A stretch of 63,136 nt of DNA from a virus. Its lineage: Duplodnaviria > Caudoviricetes. Positions within the stretch are counted from its first letter, which is position 1. Each line of letters begins with the position of its first letter. Position numbers and translations under genes: made by a program. The notes below the pieces were generated by a model, which searched no databases, was not told the DNA's origin, and worked only from the letters and a program-made list of their open reading frames with translations. Location: positions 1 to 63,136 of the IMG/VR virus record IMGVR_UViG_3300036770_007416; one strand, 5' to 3'. Below, in pieces: positions 1 through 10,216 of this stretch.

Positions 1-25
1 TAGTAGAGAGTATAGAATGGGTGTT

Positions 26-433
26 TCATTTTTCTGAAATAATTTTTTGTAGTGAAGTTTTGATATTTTTGGTAATTTGTTTTTCAAAGTCCTCCCTTCG
101 TTTTTCAACTTCGTTGTCAAACAATTTGATTAATTGATTCCATGACCTGTCATTCATCAGTACATCATATGCGTACACATGGTTAATAATTTTTACACGA
201 TGGGATTCTAAAATAATAAAAATTTGACTGTTTTCACTTCTAATGTATCTCTTACCCGTAATAGGAGTTAGTAACATTATTGAGTCAGGTTCGTAAATAA
301 ACTTTTTACAAACTGCAATACAGTCCCGTTCATAGATTGACCTTTCCTGTTCGGTATTCAAATACCGAAATAACTTCAAAGCCAGTTTCTGAATGAAACG
401 ACGAAATGTGTGGTTCAAATTTTTCATTACCAT
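26..433 (-). CDS. hypothetical protein
   Basis: ORF track 26..448. Start moved to ATG at 433 because the TTG at 448 lies inside a promoter-like TACCTTTG. No family motif recognised. Confidence 0.6.
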   Translation of the reverse strand: MVMKNLNHTFRRFIQKLALKLFRYLNTEQERSIYERDCIAVCKKFIYEPDSIMLLTPITGKRYIRSENSQIFIILESHRVKIINHVYAYDVLMNDRSWNQLIKLFDNEVEKRREDFEKQITKNIKTSLQKIISEK

Positions 434-445
434 TATCTTTGACGA

Positions 446-476
446 CAAAGGTAAATCAAACTTTTTAGATTAACAA
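446..476 (-). promoter_or_regulatory. Bacteroidota-type primary-sigma promoter
   Basis: Minus strand TTG-N20-TACCTTTG, 12 nt before the ATG at 433. Confidence 0.6.
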
Positions 477-946
477 TAGGCTCCCGAACATCTTTTCTTT
501 CCGTCAAGACCTGGTTGTTTTCCTTTACATACTTGTACCGCGTAACCATTTGCATACGCTGAGGGATACACATCGTACTTAGCTTTAGCCGCTGCTTTGC
601 CACGTGCACATAACTTAGTGCCGGTTTTTCTTCTTCCCTCCATTACCGTGAGGTCATCCATCATTACCATATCTTCGTCAGAATCTTGAGTTTCGTTCAT
701 CAAAAAGTCAAAAACTTGGTCCAAATTTTCCTTGGCAACTGTGATGTGGTCATCAGCCCAATCGTGCCCATTTTCCAAAATTTGATGAATCATGTCATCG
801 TCCAACTCTAAAAGCAATTCTGCTTGTCTTTTGATTTGTTCAAGATTACTGAAGAACATATATCTATTGTTCTCGTGTTCTGCCTCAGTGATTGCTTTAC
901 GTACTATTCTTTGAATGTCCGTCTCAGTTAATTTTACGATTTTCAT
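470..946 (-). CDS. putative internal head protein with basic C-terminal YPSAYANG domain
   Basis: N-terminal KLTETDIQRIVRKAITE leader; C-terminal KAKYDVYPSAYANGY motif of a kind seen in viral proteins; TATTTATA at 981-988 upstream. Confidence 0.5.
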   Translation of the reverse strand: MKIVKLTETDIQRIVRKAITEAEHENNRYMFFSNLEQIKRQAELLLELDDDMIHQILENGHDWADDHITVAKENLDQVFDFLMNETQDSDEDMVMMDDLTVMEGRRKTGTKLCARGKAAAKAKYDVYPSAYANGYAVQVCKGKQPGLDGKKRCSGAYC

Positions 947-2457
947 TTTTTATTAACTATTTGGAATTGTAATGTGTCTTTATAAATATCTTTCTCCCCG
1001 CTAGTATTTACTCGAATATCAACAAAATACTCATTAGGTATTTTGTCTCTCATATCAAAGATGAAATAATATTCATTAGGTGTTCTGTTTACAGGTGTCC
1101 AATTTTGGACCTGCACCTCTGTAGTCCCCTCCATTACATACACTCGGTAGTATATGTCGATGTTCTGAAGTAGGGTTTGTGCCGTCCATTGTTTTTTAGC
1201 AACTACCCCCACTTTTCGAATTTCAGTGTTAAGGATTTTTTCGTTTTGAAGAATTCCGTAGAAACTAAATCCGAATTTTTCGGGTTCTCTTGACAGGCTT
1301 CCGATGTTGATACCAGCTGTGTAGGCTTGGAGTATAAATTGATTTTGTACATTAGGAAGTGATTGACCATTGATTGTCAATCCTGTCCACACATCATAGA
1401 ATAAACAAGGTACTGGTTGAGCGGTGAATATATTAGGTACTGTCACTTCATAAACACCTTTTGTAACCTGACACGTTGTAAGTCCCGAACCCCCCGTAAC
1501 AACATCACCATTTTGGTCTTCGATATTAACACCAGGTAGATTATCTAAATTGGCGAAATCACCGTTTTGGTAAACATACAAGTAAAGTTTGTTGGTTTGG
1601 TTTTTCAAGAATACGTTTCTGTCATCTTGAATCAAATCATTGTAATCGGTAAGAAGATAAGGTTGGTAGAAGGTTTGGGTGTATTTTCCAAAGAATCCTA
1701 CGGAGTATGAGTCTGTTAATCCTGTGATATTTTCAATATCGGGTTTGTAGGCAATTCCCCATCCTGTAACACCTGTAATCGAACCGTTAAGTATTCCGTT
1801 GATTTCGTTGGTCATATTGAACTGAATGTCTTCGTTACCCAATTCAAAGTGTTGTTCATCAACTATTGTCAGTGCAGAATAGTTTAACCCTGTAATGGAC
1901 AGTTGATTGTTTCTATTATCGTAGATACCAGGGTAAGACCAATTTTTGACAGTTGTTGTTTGATACCAGTTGGATGGTCTTAATGAAAACATTTTGTCAT
2001 TGAATTGTTCCAAGGCACTTAGTTGTCCTGACAATCCGTTCTTGGTGGTTCCAAAATCATTGTAGTCATATCCTACACCCTCATCCCAAAATTGTGGTTC
2101 ACCTGTTGTTCCCGAAAATTTCGGAATTCTGAAAAGTATCAAATCAAATGATGTGGCTCTTTTTCTTCCGTTACTCATACTTGTGTTGAGCAGGTCGTCG
2201 TCAAATGATGATGTGTTGGTCATCATCAATGTATGTGTCATTCCTGTTGTACATCCCGTTGAAATGACCTTATCTGCAATCATTTCTTCAAGACCAATTA
2301 AGTCCAAATCGAAAATAAATCTCGTGAATCCAAAGTTTGGGACAATTAAGTTCGAACTACCAAAGTTCAACTCTACGACAGGGTTTCTGCATGTATTTGT
2401 ATACAAATTCGAAATTAAAGTATTGTTTCGACTAAAATAAGACCTATAAATTGACAT
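943..2457 (-). CDS. putative virion structural protein (504 aa)
   Basis: Beta-rich T/N/G composition, late TATTTATA motif 12 nt upstream, next to the spike gene. Confidence 0.5.
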   Translation of the reverse strand: MSIYRSYFSRNNTLISNLYTNTCRNPVVELNFGSSNLIVPNFGFTRFIFDLDLIGLEEMIADKVISTGCTTGMTHTLMMTNTSSFDDDLLNTSMSNGRKRATSFDLILFRIPKFSGTTGEPQFWDEGVGYDYNDFGTTKNGLSGQLSALEQFNDKMFSLRPSNWYQTTTVKNWSYPGIYDNRNNQLSITGLNYSALTIVDEQHFELGNEDIQFNMTNEINGILNGSITGVTGWGIAYKPDIENITGLTDSYSVGFFGKYTQTFYQPYLLTDYNDLIQDDRNVFLKNQTNKLYLYVYQNGDFANLDNLPGVNIEDQNGDVVTGGSGLTTCQVTKGVYEVTVPNIFTAQPVPCLFYDVWTGLTINGQSLPNVQNQFILQAYTAGINIGSLSREPEKFGFSFYGILQNEKILNTEIRKVGVVAKKQWTAQTLLQNIDIYYRVYVMEGTTEVQVQNWTPVNRTPNEYYFIFDMRDKIPNEYFVDIRVNTSGEKDIYKDTLQFQIVNKK

Positions 2458-2477
2458 TTAGTTTTTCTTTATAAATA

Positions 2478-3977
2478 TCAATTCAAACGAATATATTGAT
2501 TCAATACTTTTTGGTAGGCGTCATTTAGTTGTTGGACTAAATTTTGAACGGAAGAGCCGTCTTCCGTAATAGAAATGGGGGGTTCACCAGGAAATCCGTG
2601 GGTGTGTGAAACTAAAAATCTAACAATAACATTAAGGAGTTCAAGGAGTTCTTCACCCCTTACTGAACTCGATGTATTTGGCATGATTTGGAGAGCGAAG
2701 GTTTGTTCATCAATCCCATACAAATTGTTGTCGAAATTAATTTTTGCTTTACCAGGTATTTGTGAAAGTTGTGATAAAAGAAAGACGTGTTGGGCTGCCA
2801 TGGCACCATAGGTTTCAGGAAGTGAGTTTGTTTCAATTTTTCTAAAACTTTTTGGTTTGAACTGCACGGGGTCTCCAACCCTATCTTGTTGATAAATTAG
2901 TCCATAACCCCCAATTTTATCTGTTGGAATTAATTTGATACTTGAAAAAACCTTGGTAAGGTTTTGTCTAACCACAGTAAGACCTGTGGTTTGCATTGTT
3001 TGATAGAAGTTGAGAGATGGTCTGTAAAAAATTGGGAATTTTTCATCCAATACATTAAACAAGATTGTACCTTCACCAGTTTTCAACTTCGAATTACACT
3101 CACTAACGAAGTTATTTATGTATTTGATGACATTGTCCAATGACAACATAGTAAAGGTCTGAGAAGCTCTAATAAACTTATAATCCTCAACATTTGTGTC
3201 AACTTTCAAGTTCTGAGATGTTGTAATTCTATTTGGTAAGAGTTTATAGAGTCTTACACTCCCATTGAATAAATCGAATGTGTTTTCGGGATTAACAATT
3301 TCATACTCAATGAGGTAATTAACCTGTACATTCTGTATTTTTGCCTCTGCTTGTTTTACAGTACCCCCAACAGTTGTTTTTGTTTGAAATTTACTAAGTT
3401 GAATAAAGGCTCGGTTTTTATTTCCTACAGGGTCTCTGTCAGAAATTAATTCTCCATTGTATTTTCCCGCCCTCAGTAACACTTCATTTTCCTTGAGAAC
3501 AACGTCCGTTGACCCACGACCCAAAATAGCAACATCTCCAGGGTCTGGAAATACTCCATTTGGGTCAGGGTTTTTATAAGTTCCATCGGGATTTCTCAAA
3601 TTTTTTGCTCCGATTATTTGAACACCCGAAATGTCAGTATATTTTTGAGACTCGTTAAAATTTTCTTGAACTATATTCTGAATTCGGTTAAATGGTCCTT
3701 GGATGTAATATGCATTCAAGAACTGAGCACCATTTGGTTCGTGATAATATATTTGAACTAATTCATCTATTTTTGGGACTGCCCAAATATAAAGTGGTAA
3801 AAGAGAATTAAATACGAAAGGGTCCTTGTCCGTCCAATAATCTTGTGGACCAAAACCTTGATAACTCTTTTGAATTGCAGAAATATCATCCGTAAGCACT
3901 TGAGCTCTTACCCTACCTAAGTTAAGTGGGTCTTGGTTGTCAACAACCACAGCGTAAAACCAAATTCTAGACTGCAT
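2478..3977 (-). CDS. baseplate hub/central spike protein (gp5/gpV-like)
   Basis: N-terminal OB-fold signature AVVVDNQDPLNLGRVRAQV; C-terminal HTH (HxH) spike-tip motif followed by GFPGEPP. Confidence 0.8.
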   Translation of the reverse strand: MQSRIWFYAVVVDNQDPLNLGRVRAQVLTDDISAIQKSYQGFGPQDYWTDKDPFVFNSLLPLYIWAVPKIDELVQIYYHEPNGAQFLNAYYIQGPFNRIQNIVQENFNESQKYTDISGVQIIGAKNLRNPDGTYKNPDPNGVFPDPGDVAILGRGSTDVVLKENEVLLRAGKYNGELISDRDPVGNKNRAFIQLSKFQTKTTVGGTVKQAEAKIQNVQVNYLIEYEIVNPENTFDLFNGSVRLYKLLPNRITTSQNLKVDTNVEDYKFIRASQTFTMLSLDNVIKYINNFVSECNSKLKTGEGTILFNVLDEKFPIFYRPSLNFYQTMQTTGLTVVRQNLTKVFSSIKLIPTDKIGGYGLIYQQDRVGDPVQFKPKSFRKIETNSLPETYGAMAAQHVFLLSQLSQIPGKAKINFDNNLYGIDEQTFALQIMPNTSSSVRGEELLELLNVIVRFLVSHTHGFPGEPPISITEDGSSVQNLVQQLNDAYQKVLNQYIRLN

Positions 3978-4176
3978 TTCTGTTTTGATATTCTTTAAGG
4001 ATTGTATTATAAAGTTCCTCTACTTTGTCCAAGTATAAGCTTAAACCTAAAATATTTTGTTTGGTAGTTTCAAATTCTTCGGCTAACTGGTCCATGGTCT
4101 GTTCCAATCTATTATTAGGGACATTTTTAACATCTTTGGCAACTTCTACCATTACCTTTAATTCTTCTTGTGTCAT
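3967..4176 (-). CDS. small coiled-coil hypothetical protein
   Basis: 69 aa ORF overlapping both neighbours; heptad-like pattern. Confidence 0.6.
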   Translation of the reverse strand: MTQEELKVMVEVAKDVKNVPNNRLEQTMDQLAEEFETTKQNILGLSLYLDKVEELYNTILKEYQNRNAV

Positions 4177-6329
4177 TACTTTCCTTTTGCAAAAACTTTT
4201 ATTACTCCCCCCGTTAAAGGTGGTACAATTGCGGTTCCTTCCACTTTTCCATTACGTGTAAATTCATCATATCCCCCTCTTTGAAGTGCGTCCGTAAACC
4301 TCACCATTCTATTTGGACTTCCATCGGGTAATGTGCCTGTTTTTAGCCCGTAGGCTTGCATGTATTCAATAGTGTTGAGAATACCTTTCTCTGGTGAAAC
4401 ACCCGGAAGAAACTCCGTTAAAAACAATAGTGCATCGGACAAAGGATTTGGGAGTCGTGGATTTCCGGCAATCAAACTAAGAACTCTTTGAATTTGTTTG
4501 ATTAAGGACTTACATTCTCGGTAATTTATAAAACCTTGTAATAAGGGTTCAGCATAGTCCAATATACTGTTAATTGCCTTCAGTTGTGCTGACTTAGTTG
4601 TCTTGGCAATGTCCCGAAGAATGTTTCTTAGAAGTAATAATAAGTTCTTTTTAAGAAGATTGAAAAGAAGTTCCAAAAAACGGTTGGCAATCCTACCAAC
4701 AACTCTAAACACAAACTTTCTATTACGTTTGATAAAATCCACTCCATCCGCAATAAGGGGAGACACAAGTTGGTTTATCGTGTTTGCCGAGTTTATCAAG
4801 GTATTTCCCGAAGAAATAATACTGTTACCTGAAGTAATTAATTGATTTGCAAATCCGACTACTTGATTGTTTAAGTACTGACTAAATACAGGAATAGGCA
4901 ATAGAACTTTTGGGGACAAAACAGAGGATACAAGTGCTAAAAATATTTTTTTTAAGAGACTTTCATTGAAAGGATTTGACAAATCAAATCCCACACCACC
5001 AAAACCTGTTTGAGAAAATTGTTGTGGTATGGAATCTAAAATACGTTCTATCTCAGCTAATTGTTGTTCGACAGTTGCGTTAGGGTCTAAGTTTTGTGCT
5101 TGTTGGAGTAAATTACTGTTATTAACAGGAAGTCTGATGTTGTCACAATCAATAAATTCAATTATACCTTGTTTTTGGTTGTTGGACACTGCGTTTATGT
5201 CATTCAATTCTATTTCTGTAAATTCGAAAAAAGAATCGTCGAGGTTGTCAGTTTCAGACAATTTAGCAACCCCTGATACATCAATTTCGTTTGAACCTGG
5301 TTCACATATACCTAAAATTCGATTCAGAATAGCAACGAATTTATTCTGATTTTCTATCTGTTTTATTGAGATGGATTGTGCTGCTAAACCAGTTGCTAAG
5401 TTCAACAAAACCCCTAAGAAAGACTTAGAATCATATAGTTCTATTGACTCGTAGTAGTCTCCAAGTGCACTAATAATTGTATTGGCAGAATATGATAAGC
5501 GTGAAAGTGTAGAACCCGTTGCACCTGATGGGGGAGGACTTCCTTCACGGTCCAATAAAAACACCCTAAAATAATTACCTGATACACCTTCACCATTTTC
5601 TTTAGTGTACTCAATATCGAATATGGGTTGACGACTTCTCCCCTGATAATAACTTGGTGAAAATTCATCTCTAAATGTAACACCAGGTTTTTGCAGGAGT
5701 TGATTCAACTCAAAGTTCATTGGAAATGGGTCTACTCCGGCGTAGTTGTTGTATTGTGCTAGAGATGTGATTCCCGTTGTCTCATAATATAGTTTACCAA
5801 TTTCGGTTTGAGCACTTATTGTTAGATTCTTGTTAAAATCAATGTACTCTAAATTCACATAAATTCCCTCTTGTTGGGGAAGTAAAGAAAGTGAGTTCTG
5901 AGTTTGTAATCCCGATAATGAAAGACCTCTATAGGTTTCCTGTTGGGTACAGTTGAGTGCTCTGAAAGCCTCCTCTTTAATTATGGTCTTAATTTCCCCT
6001 TTCATCTTAAGAACTAAACCGATTAGTTCTTTTCTAATTTGTTGATTGGTATTTGAAAAAGTGGTGCCTGAAGAGCTTTGGTTGATAAGTTGAATTAACT
6101 TTGTATAACTATCTTCTTGGTTTCTTTTGTTGCGACTTTGGTTGGCTTCTACAGAATTTTTTTGACCCGCTAAAATTTGAAAAGATTGTACTAAACTATT
6201 TCCTCTTTGTCTTTCATCCTGTATTTGACCTTGTCTAGACTCATTGTACGCTTGAAGTGCAGAAATTCTGCTTTGGATTTCATTGTATCCACCACTGATG
6301 TCAAATGATTGATTGTTGAAAATTGCCAT
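4176..6329 (-). CDS. putative baseplate/virion structural protein (717 aa)
   Basis: Long ORF in the late-motif operon just upstream of the spike gene; no catalytic motif seen. Confidence 0.5.
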   Translation of the reverse strand: MAIFNNQSFDISGGYNEIQSRISALQAYNESRQGQIQDERQRGNSLVQSFQILAGQKNSVEANQSRNKRNQEDSYTKLIQLINQSSSGTTFSNTNQQIRKELIGLVLKMKGEIKTIIKEEAFRALNCTQQETYRGLSLSGLQTQNSLSLLPQQEGIYVNLEYIDFNKNLTISAQTEIGKLYYETTGITSLAQYNNYAGVDPFPMNFELNQLLQKPGVTFRDEFSPSYYQGRSRQPIFDIEYTKENGEGVSGNYFRVFLLDREGSPPPSGATGSTLSRLSYSANTIISALGDYYESIELYDSKSFLGVLLNLATGLAAQSISIKQIENQNKFVAILNRILGICEPGSNEIDVSGVAKLSETDNLDDSFFEFTEIELNDINAVSNNQKQGIIEFIDCDNIRLPVNNSNLLQQAQNLDPNATVEQQLAEIERILDSIPQQFSQTGFGGVGFDLSNPFNESLLKKIFLALVSSVLSPKVLLPIPVFSQYLNNQVVGFANQLITSGNSIISSGNTLINSANTINQLVSPLIADGVDFIKRNRKFVFRVVGRIANRFLELLFNLLKKNLLLLLRNILRDIAKTTKSAQLKAINSILDYAEPLLQGFINYRECKSLIKQIQRVLSLIAGNPRLPNPLSDALLFLTEFLPGVSPEKGILNTIEYMQAYGLKTGTLPDGSPNRMVRFTDALQRGGYDEFTRNGKVEGTAIVPPLTGGVIKVFAKGK

Positions 6330-6330
6330 T

Positions 6331-6699
6331 CTATTTCATTCTATATGTGGGTTCGTCCGACACATCAGAATCTTTTTCCATCAATTTGTCAATAAGGTCT
6401 TCATCCAATTCTGAAAGTGTAAATGATTCTTGGGTGTTATTGGATTTCTCCCAAATAGAACTTTGTAGTCTCGAAAGACTAAGTTTTTTTTCAACACAAT
6501 CATTAATGATTTTTTGTTGTTTTTCCAAGACAGGACCAATTTCTTTCATATCCTCGGCATCTTTCATCAAGGAAATCATTTTGTTTTGAATTCTGAGTGC
6601 AGTATTTCTCTGTTCAACAAGCTCATTGTATATCTCCTGCATCAAAGACAGGATTGAGTCTTTTGAAAAATTAATTTCTTTTTTGTGTGGACGTGGCAT
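6331..6699 (-). CDS. helical-hairpin protein, possibly terminase small subunit-like
   Basis: Two long amphipathic helices and an acidic tail; TATTTAT 4 nt before the ATG. The function is a guess. Confidence 0.3.
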   Translation of the reverse strand: MPRPHKKEINFSKDSILSLMQEIYNELVEQRNTALRIQNKMISLMKDAEDMKEIGPVLEKQQKIINDCVEKKLSLSRLQSSIWEKSNNTQESFTLSELDEDLIDKLMEKDSDVSDEPTYRMK

Positions 6700-6745
6700 A
6701 CCAATAAATACTGCTAATTAAATTATCTATAATTTTCAATAAAAG

Positions 6746-7495
6746 TTAAGCTTTCATTCGGATTTGAACAAAAGAATATAATTTTTTGTACTTCTTCATG
6801 GAGTTTCGTATTTCTTTCGTAGATAAATTCGTCATCTCTCTAAGAGATAAAAGTATAATGTTTTTGTTAAATTTGTTATTATCGGCACCTGCAAAGATGG
6901 TTTCATAGTTTTCAAACAAATCAACTAAAGCATATCCTAATTTGACTTCGTTTTCTGAGAGATGTTCTTTATTAATGTATTCTTTCAGTTCATTAAGATA
7001 TGTTTGAATTACAACCTCCATTTCGATAGTGTCCGAATCGATGGTGTACATCATATCAGGTCTTTGTTCCAATGAAATAGAAATGTCCTCGTAAGAGACT
7101 TTTCTATTCATTTCTTTTTGGTCTTTGATGATTTGACCCATCAAATAATTTTTACAAATAGTACCAAAGTACGAATATGCCTTTTTATTTTTCGCAGGTT
7201 TGAACTTGTCAACTTTTGTCATCAAAAAAGAATGTGTATCAACATGAATTTCTCTGAAATCCATGTCTTTACGGTAAAGTTTATATCTACGAATAATAGA
7301 TGAAATCATCTTATCTAAGGGTGCGCGAAGAAATTCATTATAAATTTGATTTTTTTCTTCGTAACTTTCGGCTAAGAGGAAGGCCTTAACAGCCTCTTCC
7401 TCTCTAACATCAAAATAGTTTGTAGTTGTGGCCTTACGTCCCCTTTTTTTTGACGAAACATCCTCGGTTTGTGCCGTTAATGTTTCCAACATCAA
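6746..7495 (-). CDS. phage late-transcription sigma factor (T4 gp55-like, sigma region 2)
   Basis: KFKPAKNKKAYSYFGTICKNYLMGQIIKDQKE resembles sigma region 2 of gp55-type proteins; basic N-terminus followed by NYF. Confidence 0.7.
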   Translation of the reverse strand: MMLETLTAQTEDVSSKKRGRKATTTNYFDVREEEAVKAFLLAESYEEKNQIYNEFLRAPLDKMISSIIRRYKLYRKDMDFREIHVDTHSFLMTKVDKFKPAKNKKAYSYFGTICKNYLMGQIIKDQKEMNRKVSYEDISISLEQRPDMMYTIDSDTIEMEVVIQTYLNELKEYINKEHLSENEVKLGYALVDLFENYETIFAGADNNKFNKNIILLSLREMTNLSTKEIRNSMKKYKKLYSFVQIRMKA

Positions 7496-8298
7496 TCATT
7501 TGATATCTCAAAATTTATGGTTCTATCTTCTTTGAAGAAGTATTCTTTTTTTGCGGATTGGACCCAAAACTTGACTTCCTCGTCCAACATTTTTTCGTTA
7601 CCGAATTTGTAATTCCAAAACAAAGACCCTTCTCTCATGTTTGTGTGTTTGTATCCTAATCTTGGAATAGACATGATAGAAACTGAATTATAAGTCAGTC
7701 TAAGTAAGAATTCGTAAACGAAGGTTAGTTTAATCGAAGTTTTGAATCCACCAAAATCTTCAATTACATCTTTTCTGATAACCATACCTGAAGATTGAAA
7801 ATTCTGATAATCTTGTAAAATATCATTTGTCAAATACCCAACTTCTTGTGCAAAGTTTGCTGCGAAGACTGCCTCATTGGTAAATCCTGCGAAAGCTCCT
7901 TTCTCATCCGTATCAACCACGATTGGAAGAAAAGCTTGAACCATGGGATAAAACTCCATGTATTTTCTTACATTATCAAACCAAATGTTCGCGTACTCAT
8001 CATCAAATTCAAAGATTGAAACCCATTTTCCTGTGGCGTTTTCAATTCCAAAATTTACTTGTGATGCAAAACTTGGTTGTTTGTCCCAAACAACTTTATT
8101 GACATTCAAGTCACCAAAATCATAACTGTCAATAATTGAGTTTAACTTTTCTTCGGGAGTAACAACAATTACAACTTCTTTGAGTTTTACTTTTTGATTT
8201 TTGATTGATTGAATTGCCTTTTCAAAGTAATCATCAAAGTCCTTAACAACTGATGATTTAATTGGTAGGATGATTGAAATATCTAAAATTTGTTCCAT
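7492..8298 (-). CDS. glycosyltransferase, GT-A/GT2-like
   Basis: ISIILPI N-terminus, FASQVNFGIENATGKW, FEFDDE (DxD-equivalent). Confidence 0.75.
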   Translation of the reverse strand: MEQILDISIILPIKSSVVKDFDDYFEKAIQSIKNQKVKLKEVVIVVTPEEKLNSIIDSYDFGDLNVNKVVWDKQPSFASQVNFGIENATGKWVSIFEFDDEYANIWFDNVRKYMEFYPMVQAFLPIVVDTDEKGAFAGFTNEAVFAANFAQEVGYLTNDILQDYQNFQSSGMVIRKDVIEDFGGFKTSIKLTFVYEFLLRLTYNSVSIMSIPRLGYKHTNMREGSLFWNYKFGNEKMLDEEVKFWVQSAKKEYFFKEDRTINFEISND

Positions 8299-8300
8299 AA

Positions 8301-9356
8301 TTATTCTTCGAATTTTGAAATTTGTTCTTCCATTGATTTTGCTCTCAAATCAAGGTATGATGTGAAAATTTCGATGACACGATTTTCGAAATCTTCTTTA
8401 GTTGGTAGTTTATTTACAGTTTCTTCGATGTTTTTATACATTTCTTCGGAGATGTTGTCTTCTAACCAATTCTGAGTCCAATCCGCAATAATGTCTGGTA
8501 GAAGAATTTCGTCCTTAATCCAAACACCATTACCCTCGTTCATCCAGTCTGGTACTAAATTAGGAGTCAATCCGATTACAGGTACCCCTACTTTCATCGA
8601 TTCAAGTGGGAATGTTCCGTATCCACTTTGTCTATCAATCCAAACTGACACAAAACACTCTGAAATTGCATTTGCGAATTCATCTTGAGAGAGTCCTCGT
8701 AGGTCTCTGAAGGTAAACCACCTGTATTGTGGAAATCTTAGATAAAAAGTTTTGATAAGATTAATAGTATCTTCTTGTTCTCTCGAATGTACTCCGATGA
8801 TTGGTAATGCCGGTAATTCTCTTTTTTTGAAAGAGTCCGAAATAAAAGGTTCGACTATGTCGTAACTTTGATTTCTCATTACTTTCGCAATTTGATTTTT
8901 TTGGGTTTCCGAAGTAGTAATTGTTTTGTAAAAACCGAACTGATTCCATGTTTGACCGGGTTGTAAAGTTTCTAACATGTACGCATATGATTGTGTCAAA
9001 ACAATTTTTCCACAAGGGAGGTTTTTTACCTGGTCCATCATAAAACCGAATATCTCAGGTACAACTAAAAAGTCTTCTGCAGCTATTTCTACATTCTGAC
9101 CTTCAATTACTTGGTGAGGGATTTCATCCATGTAGTTTTGGTTTAACCACGAAGCAACACCTGTATAGTCTGATTTTTCGTGAAGGATTACAACATTGAA
9201 ACCTTTTGTCTTAAGTGTTAAAGCCATATCATAAATGTATTTGATTGAGGCCTTAGCATTACCTTTTGTATCGTGAATAAAAAAGTAAATTTTTGAATTT
9301 TTGTTCCTTAAATTTTCAATCGAACGTTTTACTTTTTCAATTTGAGATTGCTCCAT
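8301..9356 (-). CDS. glycosyltransferase, GT-B/GT4-like
   Basis: C-terminal SGYGTFPLESMKVGVPVIG nucleotide-sugar-binding motif; LVVPE motif. Confidence 0.7.
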   Translation of the reverse strand: MEQSQIEKVKRSIENLRNKNSKIYFFIHDTKGNAKASIKYIYDMALTLKTKGFNVVILHEKSDYTGVASWLNQNYMDEIPHQVIEGQNVEIAAEDFLVVPEIFGFMMDQVKNLPCGKIVLTQSYAYMLETLQPGQTWNQFGFYKTITTSETQKNQIAKVMRNQSYDIVEPFISDSFKKRELPALPIIGVHSREQEDTINLIKTFYLRFPQYRWFTFRDLRGLSQDEFANAISECFVSVWIDRQSGYGTFPLESMKVGVPVIGLTPNLVPDWMNEGNGVWIKDEILLPDIIADWTQNWLEDNISEEMYKNIEETVNKLPTKEDFENRVIEIFTSYLDLRAKSMEEQISKFEE

Positions 9357-9357
9357 T

Positions 9358-9636
9358 TTAGTAGTGAGTTATTATTTTTTTATTTAGTAAAGAATTGAAA
9401 GCCAATCTGAAGGGTATTGATAATTCTTTGCTTTTAAATCCTAGTTGTTCATCCCCTTCAGATTGTTCACTCATTATGACATCTAACATCAATTTAACCA
9501 TTTCAAACTTGACGACATTGATTTTATGTTCATTTGTACTTCCACTTAATTCATCGTTAATAATATTTGTCAAATCGATACATTCTTCGATTCTATCGAT
9601 ATCTATGTAATAATTTTCATTCCAAATTGGTATCAT
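9358..9636 (-). CDS. hypothetical protein
   Basis: 92 aa ORF packed in the operon. Confidence 0.6.
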   Translation of the reverse strand: MIPIWNENYYIDIDRIEECIDLTNIINDELSGSTNEHKINVVKFEMVKLMLDVIMSEQSEGDEQLGFKSKELSIPFRLAFNSLLNKKIITHY

Positions 9637-10216
9637 CAGTTATAAAATTTTTTAATTCTTTTAGGTTGTCGATGTTCGGCAGGTTGGTTATTTGAGTATT
9701 ATAAATTGTATTATACTTAATAATTTTTTTATCTGAAGGATGATTTAATAATAAGTCAGGATTTGCGGTAAGTAAAAGGTCAAATTCATCCCAAATTTTG
9801 GGTAAGGTTATTTGATTGTAAAAATAAATTTTCTCAATCTGACACCCAAACTTAGATAAAAAAAATAGGGTCGCAGGCTTTGATTTTCCTATTTCGTCTG
9901 AAATTATAAAAATTTCGTGGTTGTCTCTGTGGTCGACATAAAATTCGTTCAAATCATTAAACGTGTTATATTCTGTTGATGGTGCGTGTCCAAATATTTC
10001 CATACAATGTTCTGTGTACAAAAAATCATAGACTTCGTCATCATCTTTGAACTTTAAGTGATTTTGAATTTTAAGTGAGGTAATTTCAGAAAGTTTTTCA
10101 TAAACAAAATCTCGTTGTTCATTTAATACATTATCAATATAAAATTTTTCGTAGACCTGCTCAATTTTTTTTATGGTATCCCTCAAGACCCCATTTACCT
10201 CAATTGCAATTTTCAT
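9617..10216 (-). CDS. 5'(3')-deoxyribonucleotidase-like HAD-fold protein, degenerate motif I
   Basis: MKIAIEVNGVLRD aligns with HAD motif I (IxIDxDGVLxD); also KPATLFFL and YNTIYN. Confidence 0.6.
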   Translation of the reverse strand: MKIAIEVNGVLRDTIKKIEQVYEKFYIDNVLNEQRDFVYEKLSEITSLKIQNHLKFKDDDEVYDFLYTEHCMEIFGHAPSTEYNTFNDLNEFYVDHRDNHEIFIISDEIGKSKPATLFFLSKFGCQIEKIYFYNQITLPKIWDEFDLLLTANPDLLLNHPSDKKIIKYNTIYNTQITNLPNIDNLKELKNFITDDTNLE

